DNA of 64,000 nucleotides from Octopus vulgaris (taxonomy: Eukaryota): the NCBI GenBank assembly GCA_951406725.2, contig OX597819.1, positions 60,202,001 through 60,266,000 of the forward strand. Reading direction: 5' to 3'. Below the pieces are notes generated by a model that was not told where the DNA came from, ran no database searches, and saw nothing but the letters and a program-made list of their open reading frames with translations. Numbering within the stretch: the stretch's first letter is position 1; each line of letters starts with the position of its first letter. A program made the position numbers and the translations under genes. Positions 11,818 through 25,739 of the stretch are shown here, one piece after another.

Positions 11818-12335
11818 CCATAAATCCTTGCGTATAATCCGCATTTTTTTCCCAAAATTTAAAGGTCAAAATCCCTAGTGCATACTATATACGAGGTTAA
11901 AAATGAAAATTATTTTCTAAGCAATGTCCGAGAATCAATTTGCTGTCCGGCAATGTTTATTCAGACACATTTTGTGATGTTGGGCGCGAATATACCTTAA
12001 GCTAAGCCTGAAAGTAATGAAGTTATAAAAGAATCATCCATAACTTGCAGTAAGCAGCATTTATTAAACATTGCTGTTATTACTGTTATTTCTTCATTTT
12101 CTGCAAACAAAATGCACAAAAATGCTACACGTTTGCATTATGTTATATATACAATAATAATAAAGGATGTTACCGAATGCAGTTTTACAAACCAAGGACA
12201 TTATATAGACCTCCTTGACTCAAGTTAGAGAAGGGGTGCGTATTATACACAAGGTTTAGGTTTTTCAGAGGTACAGCCCACTAAAAATCCCCTGCATATT
12301 ATACTCAAGGGCGGACTATACTTGAGGATTTATGG
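11818..12335. mobile_element. Tc1/mariner-pogo type non-autonomous DNA element
   Basis: TA|CCATAAATCCTTGCGTATAATCCGC ... GCGGACTATACTTGAGGATTTATGG|TA, TA target duplication, repeated subterminal TATAC motifs. Confidence 0.85.
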
Positions 12336-12382
12336 TATATCTCAGAGGCAGACCTTGTGGGAATCTGTTATGTTTCACTGGC

Positions 12383-12735
12383 ATCATCATCATCATCATC
12401 ATCATCATCGTTTAACGTCCGTTTTCCGCGCTAGCACAGGTTGGACGGTTCAACCAGGGTCTGGGAAGCCAAGGGCTGCACCAGGCTCCAGTCTGATCTG
12501 GCAGTGTTTCTACAGCTGGATGCCCTTCCTAATGCCAACCACTCCGCGAGTGTAGTGGGTGCTTTTTATGTGCCACCTGCACAGGTGCCAGGGGAGTCCG
12601 CCATCGGTCATGATCGGTTGGAGCTTTTAACGTGCCACCGGCACGGAAGCCAGCCAAGGTGGCGTTGGCATCGGCCACGTTCAGGTGGTGCTTTTTATGT
12701 GCCACCGGCACTGAAGCCAGTCGAGGCGGCGCTTG
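12383..12735 (-). mobile_element. RTE LINE 3'-end copy
   Basis: (CAT)n-CGTTTAACGTCC tail followed by GTGCCACC repeat units. Confidence 0.85.
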
Positions 12736-13509
12736 ATCTGTATATCATTGGTTTAACGTCCAATTTTTCCAAACATGCATAGATCAGATGAAATTTGTAG
12801 AGGCAGGTTTTCTACAACCAGGTATACGCTCTGTTGTTGATCCTCACCTGTCTCCAAACAAAGATATTTTCTCATGGCTATGCGTTTTCACAGAAAATTA
12901 GAAGTGTATAACACTGTTTATATTTCACAATGATGCTCCTTTACAAGTATCACATGATGTCAGCAAAGGCGAAGCAACTTCATCCACACACACAAAATGT
13001 TCTGTCAGTGTTCATCAACCAAATCCACTCACAAGATTTTAGTTTGCCTGAGATTATTGTCTTTCAATTAATTTTTAAATAATCAGGAATTTGGAAGCTT
13101 TTATTAAAATAACAGACTTTTTCATCATTAAGATAATGTTTGGAACATAATACAAAAAAGTTACATAAAATTATGATGAAAGATTTTCGTTTAGATATAA
13201 ATACTTTAAAATTTGTTGCATGGTAGTTTTTGCTTGTTGGCTGTGTGTAAAATGATTAAACAACACACAAACAATTAACAGAAGCTTTCTTTACTGCACG
13301 TAGTGTGTTCTGTGTTGGTCTTTGGATGAAAAATAAAAACAACTATTTGAATACACTGGAAGAGACAAGTTCTGAGGTCTATGACAAAATAGCTGGTATG
13401 TATCAATCTGTGACTAGGCCACCACAACTGAAGAAATATTGTACTAAATTCATGATGGCAAATCTGTATCTTCAATCTGCACGGCTGATGAATTGAATAA
13501 ACAAGGTGG

Positions 13510-13645
13510 GATTTTACATTATTTAATGGAGGGTATATCAGCTGAAACGTTGTGTTAACAACAAACAAGATGAGGACAAATATCCGTCAAATGTAAATAA
13601 TGTAAATAATGTACATAATTCCTCATCTTTTAAATATAGAACTGT
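13510..13645 (+). mobile_element. Penelope-like terminal fragment, same family as 53275-53400
   Basis: GGAGGGTATATCAGCTGAAACGTTGTGT...GATGAGGACAAATATC...CCTCATC shared with 53297-53400; short inverted segment TTTACATTATTTA at its 5' edge. Confidence 0.55.
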
Positions 13646-14257
13646 AAGATGGGGTTTGTTAAAGCAACTCTCTTGGCCTTCTGAAGTTACAGCCCCAAAA
13701 ATGCATCTTTTATATAAGACTCATTAGAAGGTTCTAGAAAATCAAATCACATGATCACTCAGTTAATTGATTGGTCAGTTAATTGATTGAACATGTGAAA
13801 CAATTGTGATCTCAATGTGGTGACCACATGACTGTCCAGTGATTTGGTTTCAAATCTGCTACAGTATCATAAAATTAGGAGCAGTTACAAGTAGCTTGCT
13901 ATTAAAATCTTGAAACAAGAACTAATTTTGGTATTATAATTTTGGAATCAACTGTAGTTACATATGTCTGTATGAAAATATCAAACTTCTTTGCTATGAA
14001 AGGCAAACTTAATTTTGGATAATGTCTACTTGACTAACTTATGCATGCGTTTGCATTCATAGTATATTAATTAAATGTCCTAATTAATATTGGAACATTG
14101 CTTATTTCTAAAAATAGGTAAAATGGAAGTTCTAGAAATGGGTCAACTTGACTAGCATTGTGTAAAAGTTTTATTTTTTTAATTTTTTATATCACATGCT
14201 TTGGTATCGAGACCTTTTAAAAGTCTCTAGGCATAAATCTATACATATATTGGTAAT

Positions 14258-14653
14258 CTTTACTCTCTTCTACTTGTTTCAGTCATTTGACTGTGGCCAT
14301 GCAGGAGCACCACCTTTATTTGAGCAAACTGACCCTAGGACTTATTCTTTGTAAGCCTAGTACTTATTCTATCAGTCTCTTTTGCCAAACCGCTAAGTTG
14401 CAGGGATGTAACACACCAACATCGGTTGTCAAGCGATGTTGGGAGGACAAACACAGATGCACAAACGTATACACACACACATACATATATATATATAGAT
14501 ACATACGATAGGCTTCTTTCAGTTTCCATCTACCAAATCCACTCACAAGGCTTTGGTCAGCCTGAGGCTATAGTAGAAGACACTTGCCCAAGGCACCACG
14601 CAGTGGGATTGAATCCAGAACCATGCGGTTAGTAAGCAAGCTACTTACCACAC
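14258..14653 (-). mobile_element. SINE family A
   Basis: reverse complement of family A. Confidence 0.88.
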
Positions 14654-14895
14654 ACATTCACAGACTTTTAGATTTTCTGAAGGGAAGTGACCTAGTTGAA
14701 AAGAAGTATTCTCCTGACATTTTTTAAAATGAAATCTGCAATGCCATGTAAACTGTAAAAATGTATCCACACAGAAAAAAATGTTAAAATTGTATGAAGT
14801 AAATATTTTAAAATTCCATTTTAAATTTAATACATTATTTTTATGTCTGGCTGATTAAAATATATGAAAATAAATGAAAATTTGTTGCAGAAGAA

Positions 14896-15193
14896 GGCAC
14901 ATGGCCTAGTAGTTAGAGCAGCGGATTCACGGTCAAGGGATCGCGGGTTTGAATCTCAGACCGGGCGATATGTGTGTTTATGAGCGAAACACCTAAGCTC
15001 CACGCGGCTCCAGCAGAAGGTAATGGCAAACTTCTGCTGATTCTTTCGCCACAACTTTCTCTCACTCTTTCCTCCTGCATCTTGCAGCTCACCTGCGACG
15101 GACCGGCATCCTGTCCGAGTGGGGAACCTATACGCCAAGGAAACTGGGAAACCGGACCTTATGAGCCAGGCGTGGCTCAAGAAGGAACAAACA
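14896..15193 (+). mobile_element. tRNA-derived SINE family C
   Basis: GGCACATGGCCTAGTAGTTAGAGC A box and GGTTTGAATC B box; relatives near 20885, 25740(-), 40990, 41915, 50090(-) and 55205. Confidence 0.8.
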
Positions 15194-15630
15194 ATATATA
15201 TATATATATATATATTTTATTTTATTTATTAGGGAATAAAAATTCCGGCATCACAGGGGTTCAAATTATTCTCAATGAGGAAATATATGTTATTTAGAGA
15301 TAGTAGTCCCCTTCAGCACACCATATAAAAGAATTTTAATTTAATTTAATACTTACTACTCATTTCTCAGCTACATGTGTTTCTTGAGGTTCTTTTGCGG
15401 TTCCTTAAGCACGCAGTGTTTTACAGGAACCTTTCTTAAAATGTAACCCCAATCATCAGGCCTCTAAATAACTTTATCATAGTTCGATACCAAATACTAT
15501 ATTTTAATTTTAACATATAAGTATGTGTATGTGTAAATAGATTTGCCGGACCTTACTATGCAAGCCATAGTTTAATTCAAATAAAATTAATAAAAAAAAT
15601 ACAAATAAAAAATAAAAATTTACAAACATA

Positions 15631-16032
15631 GACGCAGGAGTGGCTGTGTGGTAAGTAGCTTGCTTACCAACCACATGGTTCCGGGTTCAGTCCCACTGTG
15701 TGGCATCTTGGGCAAGTGTCTTATACTATAGCCTTGGGCTGACCAAAGCCTTGTGAGTGGATTTTGTAGACGGAAACTGAAAGAAGCCCGTCGTATATAT
15801 GTATATATATATGCGTGTGTGTGTTTGTATGTCTGTGTTTGTCCCCCTAGCATTGCTTGACAACCGATGCTGGTGTGTTTATGTCCCCGTTACTTAGCGG
15901 TTCGGCAAAAGAGACCGATAGAATAAGTACTGGGCTTACAAAAGAATAAGTCCCGGATCGAATTGCTCGATTAAAGGCAGTGCTCCAGCATGGCCACAGT
16001 CAAATGACTGAAACAAGTAAAAGAGTAAAGAG
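15631..16032 (+). mobile_element. SINE family A, full length
   Basis: close match to 4151-4553. Confidence 0.92.
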
Positions 16033-16119
16033 ACTAAATTCTGAAACACTATATATATATTTATGTACACCCACACACGGATCATCATCTCTGGATGCAT
16101 TTGTGCCCCTATCACAGCT

Positions 16120-16525
16120 TTGTAAATGTAATGAACCACTCATCAATTTTACTGTGATTTCATTACTTAAGTGTTTAGCTTCACAACATTACTGTATTCA
16201 ACTCTATAGATTAGGCCTTTTGAGAGTTAAATGTCTTGGTTTAGGGGTATAACTTAGCACATAAGCTGATGATAGGACACAAAGCACAAATTAATCTGTT
16301 ACTTGTACAAGTATCTAATCAACTTAGTAATTTATTAACAGAATAGTTAGTGCTTTGTAGCCTATCATCAGCATATATGCTGTGTCATACTCCTACACAA
16401 AGACATTTAACTCTCAAAGGCCTAATTAATAGAGCTGAATACAGATACAATATGGCTGTGAAGTTAACCACTTAAGTAATGATGAATGCACAATAAAATT
16501 AATGAGTAGTTCATTATATTTGTAG
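16120..16525. repeat. Long imperfect palindrome (foldback MITE-like)
   Basis: ~180-bp arms, e.g. TTTGAGAGTTAAATGTCTT / AAGACATTTAACTCTCAAA and GCTGATGATAGG / CCTATCATCAGC. Confidence 0.85.
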
Positions 16526-16845
16526 ATCCCTTGAATATGCTTGTGTGCAACATTTATGTTTTGTGAAAGCAGTATCCATCCTCAGTTGATTGTTGTCCAA
16601 GAGAAAATGACTCAACGACCAAAACAACATAATGTGCTATACAATTCATGTCAAAGTACACTCTATCTTACTGCTTTCATTATATGCAATAATAATGATA
16701 ATAATAATTAAATAAATAAATAAATAAATAAATGCAGAAAAATTAAGCTTTGCTTTACACAAGATTAACTAAGTTTATTGTGTTGACTCACAAAATTGCA
16801 GAACCTTGATCTTAAGACTCGATATTTTATCTTGTTTGTGTTATG

Positions 16846-16933
16846 TACCAAATAGCAATTTTACAACTGTTTCTTTTACCAAATGGCAATTTTATAGCTG
16901 CTTCTTTTACCAAATGGCAATTTTATAACTGTT
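16846..16933. repeat. 31-bp tandem repeat, ~3 copies
   Basis: TACCAAATRGCAATTTTAYARCTGYTTCTTT repeated. Confidence 0.8.
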
Positions 16934-17544
16934 ACAATATAAAGGATTCTAATCAGAAAAACATGGCAACTCCAACACTGCTGTTTAAGTATCTCAGTAG
17001 ATGATATTAAGAAGGTCATTAGGAAGGGCTTCCAGCTGTAGAAACTATGCCATAACAGACATTGGAGATTGGTGCATCCCTCTGGCTTGTCAGTTCATGT
17101 CAAATTGTCTGACCCATGCCAGCATGGAAAAAAGGACATTACATGATGGTGTTGAGGAGAGCTTTGAGTGACAAACTCTTTTTCCATTTCGCAAGTGTAC
17201 ATAACAGAAAACTCAGACATTTTCTTACAATCCATTTGAAAGAACCCCTACCTCCTCAATGTCTTAAAAAAAAAAAAATCAATGTGGCCCAACACACAAT
17301 TAATTAATATAGAGATTAATCTGTTGCTGCTGCCGCCATCCTCCTCCTCCCCCTCCCCTTTCCCATATTGACATGGGCTGGATAGAGCTTGCTGAGGCAG
17401 GTTTTCTTTAACCAGATGTCTTGTTGTTACCAACCTTCATTTGTTTGTAAGCAAGGTATTAGTTCCACATGGCCAAACATGTTTTCATGGAAGAGTGAAA
17501 ATGAATAACACTGCTTGTTTAACAGTGACACTCATTTACCACTA

Positions 17545-17985
17545 GTGGAGCGATAAGAGCACCATCCCAGCGTGATCACTGCCAGGGTCGCTGATTGGCC
17601 CCCATGCCGGTGGCATGTAAAAAGCAACAATCAAGCTTGATCGTTACCAACATCGCCTTACTGGCACTTGTGCCGGTGGTACGTGAAAAACAACATTTGA
17701 GCGAGGGCGTTGCCAGTGCCGCTAGACTGGCTCCTGTGCAAGTGACACGTAAAAACACCATTTGAGCATGGCCGTTGCCAGTACCACTTAACTGGCCCTC
17801 ATGCCGGTGGCACGTAAAAGCACCCACTACACTCTCGGAGTGGTTGGCATTAGGAAGGGCATCTAGCTGTAGAAACTCTGCTAGATCAGATTGGAGCCTG
17901 GTGCAGACATCTGGCTCACCAGTCCCCAGTCAAACCGTCCAACCCATGCAAGCATGGAAAGCAGACGTTAAACAATGATGATGAT
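17545..17985 (+). mobile_element. RTE LINE 3' UTR copy with tandem units and GAT tail
   Basis: several GCCGGTGGCAYGTAAAA units ending in AGACGTTAAACAATGATGATG. Confidence 0.85.
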
Positions 17986-18647
17986 ATTATCAAGACAAGA
18001 ACAAACACACACAAAGACATGAGATGAAGTACTGAAGGCTGATCTCAGGACACTGAGCCTTAAGAAGGAGATGACAAAGGACTGAGATATCTGGCGCCTT
18101 GTTGTACTCAAGAAGACTTGTGTACCACCACAGAATTGTTAATCCTGCCCCAGCTGCCGGGGTTTTTAGCTTGTTAGTGTCCTCATGTCAGTCCACATAA
18201 AATACACCCAGGGCACTCTGTAGAGTGGTTGGCATTAGGAAGGGCATCCAGCTGTAGAAATCAAACCAAAGCAGATTGGAACCTGGTACAACTCTCCAGC
18301 TTGTCAGCTCTGATCAAACATCCAACTCATTGCCAACATGGAAAACAGATGTTAAATGATGATGATGATGATAGGCAAATCCAGAATATATATATATATA
18401 AAAAAAAACAGGGAAAAAACCCAACAAAAGTCAATTAGCTGTAAGTGCATATATTAGAATGGTGCTCAGTGAAAGTCTTAGATGGAAAACTAGGAGTGGA
18501 AAATATGATTCTGGCATGGCTCTTTGTTGTTTAGGGGCAAAAGTCCAGAGAGGAGGAAGAGAAGGGAGGAAAAGATAGTCCAAAGAAAAGCACTTTTGTT
18601 ACATGGCCCAAAAAATTACACACACACACACACACACACATACATAC

Positions 18648-20387
18648 ATAGTGCCAAAACTTTCCCAGGTGAAGAATGCACCCCACAACATATGTTAGTA
18701 GTTAGCAACTTCAGGATCACATGGCTAAATGACTGCGCAGAAAAGAAGGGTCTGGAAGCTTAAAGATCCATGAATGGACAGAAATTTAGAGATGTATTAC
18801 TTGAAGCTTTTGACGAAAAGAGGTGGATATAGCCTCACATAGTGTGGAGGACAATTGGAAGTTCCCATGGGACAACCTGTTAAAGGTTACTGACCAGATC
18901 TGTGGCTGGTGCAAAGTCCCGTCTCAACCTAAGGTAATGTAGTGGTGGAACAATGTAGTTGATAAGGCCATTAGGGAAAAGAAACAGGCATGGAAGGAGT
19001 GGAAGTGTGGTGGTAGCAGGGAACTGTATTAGATTGTCAGAAGGGAAGCTAGGAGACAGATAGATTTACTTAGAGGGGAAGTAGATAAGAAAAAATTTGC
19101 CAATGTTCTGCATTGGGAGGACTAGAGACTTGAAGTGTTTCATTTTACAAGACCGTGTGTGAGAAAGAATCATGATGTTATAGGAGAGAAATGTGTCCAC
19201 ATGCACGATAGCTCACTTGTGTTAAATGATGTTGCAAAGAGAGAGACTTGGAAACACCACTATGAAAGTTTGCTCAATGAAGAGAATGAATGGGAAAGAA
19301 TCTGCCAAATGTCGACCCAACAAAGGTACCAGCTATTTGAATTGACAATACTTTGGTAGATAAAGCAATTAAGGGAAAGAAGACATAGAAAGCCTCCAGC
19401 CCGTCAGGAATCACTGTTGAGATGCTTTAAATATCTGGTGGCGCAGGCTATAATCTAGTCACCCGTATAATCAACCAGGTGATATATGAAGGAGTCATAC
19501 CCAATGACTGGTGTAGCAGCACCCTAGTCACCTTCTACAAAGGTAAAGGTGATGCATTAGATTCAAATAATTAAAGAGGTATCAAGTTGTTGGATCACGT
19601 AGTGAAAGTCCCAGAGAGGGTCATAGCCCAACTAATTAGGGAGAGAGTTAGTTTAGATGAGATGCTGTTTGGCTTTGTGCCAGAGAGAGGCACCACTGAT
19701 GCTATACTTCTGGTAAGACAGTTGCAGGAGAAATTCCTAGTCAAAGATAAACCTCTGTATTTGGCTTTTGTTGACATGGAGAAAGCCTTTGACAGGGTCC
19801 CTTGTTCTTTTATCTAGTGGTCAATGCAGAAACTAGGGATAGATGAGTAGTTGGTGAGAACTGTGCAAGCCATGTACAGGGAGGGTTGGAAATGAGTATA
19901 GTGAAGAATTCAAGGTAGAAGTAGGGGTTCACCAAGGATCAATCCTCAGTCTCTTCTTGTTCATCATAGTCCTCCAAGAATTCAATACAGGCTGTTCCTG
20001 GGAGATCCTCTATGCTGATGACCTTGCTTGGTGTAAGCTATTGACACATAAGAGGTGCAGCAATATCAAAGGACAGTTAACTGAGAAGATAGTTTTTGTG
20101 TGTGGCAGATGCACAGAGGCAATAAACACCAAAGATGTACAGGAAGCAGATTCCATCACATGCCAGGGGGAAAAACTAGAAGTAGCTGATAGTTTCATTT
20201 ACCTAGGTAACCAAGTCAGTAGCGGAGGTGGATGCTCTGAGAGCATAGCTGCTAGAATAAGAATAGCCTGGGCAAAGTCCAGAGAACTCCTACCTCTGCT
20301 GGTAACAAAGGGCCTCTTGCTTAGAGTGAAAGGTAGACTGTATGATGCATGTGTGTGAACAACCATACTACAAAGCAGTGGAACATG
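18648..20387 (+). mobile_element. Decayed RTE LINE (end of APE domain through RT), many stops and deletions
   Basis: AKTFPGEECTPQH, FGFVPERGTTDAI, LYLAFVDMEKAFDRVP, VGVHQGS, ILYADDL and EKLEVADSFIYLG; same family as 437-1375. Confidence 0.92.
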
Positions 20388-21057
20388 ACCTTTTATAAAA
20401 GAGGTTTATGTATTTAGTTGAAATCATAGATAGCTCCCTCTCCTTCATCATACTCCATCGTGTCTCCTCTCACATCTGCTATCATTTCGGTAGGTTCTCA
20501 TCTCCACCAAGCCCACCTACTATACATCCCCCTATCTACCGTCACATCTCCCTCCCCATTATGCCAAGATCTTGCACATCATCTCCCTGCCTTATGATCT
20601 ATCCTCCTTCATAAGTCACCGCTATCTCTCTCACCTTACCTTCTCTCCCTTCTGATTATTTCCCACCAACTGCACCACCACCCTTGCACATCATTTAATA
20701 AATCCACTCTGTCCACCTCACTCTAACCATTTGGTATTATCCCCTTGTCTTATCATGTAACTCCTCCTTCACATTCTTATGAAACTACACACCTACCAAG
20801 AGAATCAATTCTAGTATATCATCACTATCATCATCATCTTTATCTTCATCTCAATTTCTACTACTCATTCTTATTGTGTATATGGAGGTGCATGGCTTAC
20901 GGGTTAAGGTGTTAAATTCATGATCATAAAATTGTAGTTTTGACCCCTGGACTGGGCGATGTGTTGTGTTCTTGACCAAAACACCACATTGCATATTATT
21001 CCAGTCCACTCAGCTGGCAAAAATGGGTAATTCTGTGACGGACTGATGTCTTGTCCA

Positions 21058-21606
21058 CGAAATTCTTTTTAACATGAGACTTCCGGACCGCAGTTATGAA
21101 CTTATTTGCATACAGCCAATCAGAGCTCAACTATCAATCTAATTTATGAGCGCATAACAAGTGATGGGCGATAAGATAAGGTCACTTGGGTAAGGAATGA
21201 CCGTGCTTCTTTTCTCTTTTAATAATGCTTCTTGTTCTTGTTCTTGTTTCAGCCATGGCTGCCTCTGCATAGTTATTTTTATTGTTGTTTACTTTGTAAA
21301 ACAGTAAGGGGAGAGGGTTGCTAGCACATCACCTTCTACCCACATTTCTCCCATCCACATCTTTACCAAATGGAGTCCTAACAAAATCCGATAATAGGTA
21401 TAGATGCAAATCTATACAATTACTTGTCTCCTTCTAAAATCAGGCATAACTTGGCGATCGGTCGACAAGCTACACCGTTCTTTGTCTTGAGTTTACTTGG
21501 TAGAGTGCATTTGTTAACTTGACAACAAGGTCAAGGTGAGCTCCGATTGGCTGTATGCAAATGAGTTCATTTATAGGGTTCGGAACTCTCATGGGAAAAA
21601 AATTCG
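21058..21606. mobile_element. Non-autonomous DNA element with ~75-bp TIRs (MULE-like), inserted in a family C SINE
   Basis: TIRs 21058-21132 and 21535-21606 (TATTTGCATACAGCCAATCAGAGCTCA / TGAGCTCCGATTGGCTGTATGCAAATG); flanking duplication TCTTGTCCA / TCCTGTCCA; second partial copy at 33602-33984. Confidence 0.78.
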
Positions 21607-23730
21607 CATCCTGTCCAAGGAGGAATATATACCCCTGAGAAACTGGAAAACTGACCCTATGCTCCTTACAGAGTAATGTGAGCTGCTCACCCTTATAATG
21701 TATCTCCACCACAGCAAGACACCTGTTCTTGTTCCTCTATCATACTTTATCATTTCAGGATCTTTAGCTACCACCCACATACCTTGTATTCCTCCCATAT
21801 TTAGTCTCTTTCCTATTCTTTTCTTTTTATGCAACCTACTTGGCAATCTCACTAGCGCCAGTGACATGAGAAAAAGCAACCTTACAATAAAATACCGGTA
21901 TGTATAACATATTATGTGTATATAAATGTAGAATGGTACTGTTTTTAATATTTTGTTTCAGAGAAAAATTTTTTATACTTCTTAAGAAACCCCCCCCCCA
22001 AAAAAAAACTTAGAGCTGCTCATAACATAGAAGCCCTGAAATTGTTTAATCCAGTAGCATAGCTAGTGGAGGGAGGCAGAGAACGATGGGGACGGTGATT
22101 TTATAGAGGCGGTACTTTTGCGTCTGCAGTATAATACTGTATAGGGGCAGGGACGGGCAGGAATTTCAAGAGCTGCCCCTGATGACATAGACCCCTACGT
22201 CACTAGCCTGTTGTTGTTTGTGTGCGTTCGCGTATGTGTGAGTACGGGGTATCCCAGAATTGACTATGTACTTCAATGACATCGGGCAAATTAAAAAAAG
22301 AAAAACTGACAGAATTATGTTTATTATTACATAACTATGATACCAAAGGAAATAGATTTATAAATCTTACGTCCTCCTATCTGCCCTCACATCTCCCCCT
22401 CCCCATTATGCCAAGATCTTGCATATCATCCCCCTACCTTATGATCTATCCTCCTTCATGAGTCACAGCCATCTCTCTCACCTTACCTTCTCTCCCCGCT
22501 GACAGAAAATTTCGGATGCGAATGGAAAAACTAGATCAAAATTTCCCACATGTCCCCCGTCTGTATCCCTACAAATTTCAAATCTATCCTTAGCTTTGCG
22601 AAACACATTTTGAAACATTTCAGGAGTTATCTCCGGCACTGCAGACTAAATGTGTTTTTTAAGTTCTGCTAAATTGTTGTTTCACCCACTGGATGAAGGC
22701 GGAGAAATGATTGCAGCCAAATTGCAAAAGAAAAAAAAAAGTGGGCAGATAAGTAGGATCCAATAAAAAATAAAGATAATAATATTATAAACAAAATAAG
22801 AAAATTTATGCACTTTTAACACGTATGTATGATAAGCATAAATAAAAGTGAGGTTTTAAAAAGATTGTCCAATTTCACTGAAGTAGATCATTAATTTGGG
22901 GACACTATATTTCTTTATCTTGTTTCTAGTCACAAGTAATTTCTTTATTTTGTTTCTAGTCACAAGTGTCACACATACACACGCAGATATGTCGGCGTAC
23001 ATTCATTAGCACGCTCATTCTTATGGAGCCAACAAAAAGCATTTTTGTAGTAGGTGGACCGGCTAGAAATAGCAGCCAAATATCCATCAACTAACATTGT
23101 TCTGACTTAAAGAGGAAGAGCATGATGGATAATGTAGTCCGAGATTCTTAAGCTTGGAGACAAAAGAAAGAAAACGAGTTGAATATAGCTGGCGTCTGTT
23201 CCATCCTAAATCTCCTCATTCACAGTTGATTTGGAGGAGCTGAAGTTTCTTTATTTTATCAATAGAAATCCAGAGGATTTATTCGACATATCCCCTTCGA
23301 TGCATACCAGCGTTTCGGTAAGTGAAAAACCTCATTAATAATTATATTTATATCATAGAGAATGCTTGAGTGTTGTTGATTTTCCCTGTATATTGTTTAC
23401 CTAACATGTCCCTGCAGTTTTAAACATTTGTTGAGTTATGTATATGGAAATTCTGTATCTTTGAAGCTAGAAAAAGAATGGAATAAAACAGATCTTATTT
23501 TCGTAGTTAATGTAACCAATATTATTCGCTTATATATGATAATCTGAACTAACTTTAAATTTACTTTAGAAAACACACCCACAAACAAACACCCTATAAA
23601 TAAACAAAGATGAATTCACGTGGTCTTCATTTGGCATTTTTGATACCTAAATCGAAGGTGCGCCGCGTTCTGAGTTCAAATTCCCTCGGGGTTAACTTTG
23701 CCCTTCATCATTTTGGAAGCGATAAAATAA

Positions 23731-24014
23731 GGGCAATCCATCGTCTTTGGCCTCCGAGAACTAAAGTACTTGGGCGGCAAGTTCCATATAAATTTTTTTT
23801 TCTTTAATGTTGATTTTTTGCAGCTGAACAATGAAAAACACGATCGATCGCTCGCACACACAAACATTCATTTGTGTTTCATGAGCAAATGAAAGACAAA
23901 GTGTGTGTTTCACTGCGATCGTGTTTTTCGTTGTTCAGCTGCAAACTAAGTTTTATACGGAACTTGCCCAACAAATACTTTTAGTTCTTGGAGACCAAAG
24001 ACGATTGGTTGCCC
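23731..24014. mobile_element. Palindromic MITE with GGGC termini (possibly PIF/Harbinger-type)
   Basis: GGGCAATCCATCGTCTTTGG ... CCAAAGACGATTGGTTGCCC; arms pair almost to the centre. Confidence 0.75.
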
Positions 24015-25739
24015 GCATATTTATCCGGGGTGTTAATGATTCTGCCAGCTCGCCACCTTTATAATCAATAAGTAAATAAATAAATAAAATTAAAACAAAA
24101 GACGGTAACAGTGAGGTTGAGAGGTTGAGTAAATTTTTTTTGTCCCCTTAAAACCCCTTTGAAGCGAAGACTTCACCAGGTGGTGCTATTAAGTTAGACA
24201 TGGCCTGGGCCTATACTGGCTAAAACCTATCAAGGTTATATAAGTTACCCGAAATATTAATTGCCAATAATTACAAGTTCGAGATGTCTCTTCTCTCGAA
24301 TCATCTAATATTAACAGTGAGATGCGGGGACGTGAATGATGGTAAACATTTAATTCGTCAGCGATCTGATTTTCCTAACGTTCCCAGTGTTTCGAACTAT
24401 GGGAAAAAAATATCTAGATCGACGAATCGATATAACTACACACACGAAGTCACTTGACACATTCAGTAGTCTCACATGAGATTTTTTTATCTCGAATGCA
24501 TGAACAAAGTGTTAAGCTGAACTTTCAAGTATACTCTCACTGGTTCCACAATCTGCAAATATTCATTTTGATGAGGGATCGTGGATAAAAATGTCTTCTG
24601 AAGTGGAAGGAGAGAAAAGAACAGGGCAACTAGAGATAGGTAATCCCATACCTTGTAGGACAGGAAGAGGTTAGATTTTTCTTTATACTGTTCTTTAAAA
24701 ACAACTTCAGTAGTTTCAGTTAAAAAAAAATTCTTTTTTCTTTATTTCTTGATTGCATTTTTTGTCTAATTTGAAACCCCTTTGAAAGTATAAAGATTTC
24801 TTTTTTTTGTTTGTTTGTATTTAAAAAAAAAATAAAACACACATTTTGTTAATCTCAATCCTTAAATCTGTGCCTGCGACTAATTGCGACTATTTAAATC
24901 TGTGCCCACTGAGAGTTGATATAACAAAAAATATATTTGTTAATAGAAAGAACATGTTAAATAAATACTTAGGATTAATTTAAAACTACTGGAGAGCCCG
25001 AGAAGGCCATTGCTGGGATTTACCCAGTTATTTAAAAGGGTATCTGAAGGATAATTTGTTAGTAAATATATTTTTTCGTACACACATACACACACACACG
25101 GACGGACGGACGGCCAGCCTTTCTTGGTTCTTGGGAGGGGGTAGGAGTTAAAAATTTAAATTACAATATTTTTTGTTCTTTAAATCCCTGTAATGGACCA
25201 CCCGTGTGTTTCTTCCTAATATATATTTCTTGGTCGAAAAATCTTTAGTGTCACGTCACCGTATTGTTTGTTTTTTTAACTACACCTTAAATGTTTCCAC
25301 GTGTACGACATCTGTTTTGTTCTTTGTTGTGGTGATTGTTGTGTTTCTCGTGTATCTGTGTGTGTTGTGTAGGAGCAATGATATGCTTTATTTTCATGTA
25401 AGTTCACTCTTAATTACAATATGCAACACCGCAGCTGATAAACTGGTCCTGGACCACTGGTGGTTTATCATTTGCGTAGAGTGTGTGTTATATAAGTTGT
25501 TGGATTATTTAATCGGTTGTTTGTTTCCAATGCATTCAAGCGATAGGCTAGCAAAGTCGTTAAGCGCGTCGGACAAACTTGATTTTTACTTACTGAGTTC
25601 AAATCCCACTGGAGACAATTTTGCTCGTCATCCTCCCGGAACTGATAAAACAATGCACCAGTCAAGTTCTGGATTTGATGGTATCGACTAACCTTCTCCC
25701 ATTAAAATTGCCGCCAGAATATATAAACGATAAACGTCG

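Noticed and set aside
22243-22908. Possible Tc1-type MITE
   Set aside because: TIR match short and degenerate
23266-23317. 52-nt segment with AG and gtaagt boundaries
   Set aside because: No recognisable peptide or partner exon; could be chance
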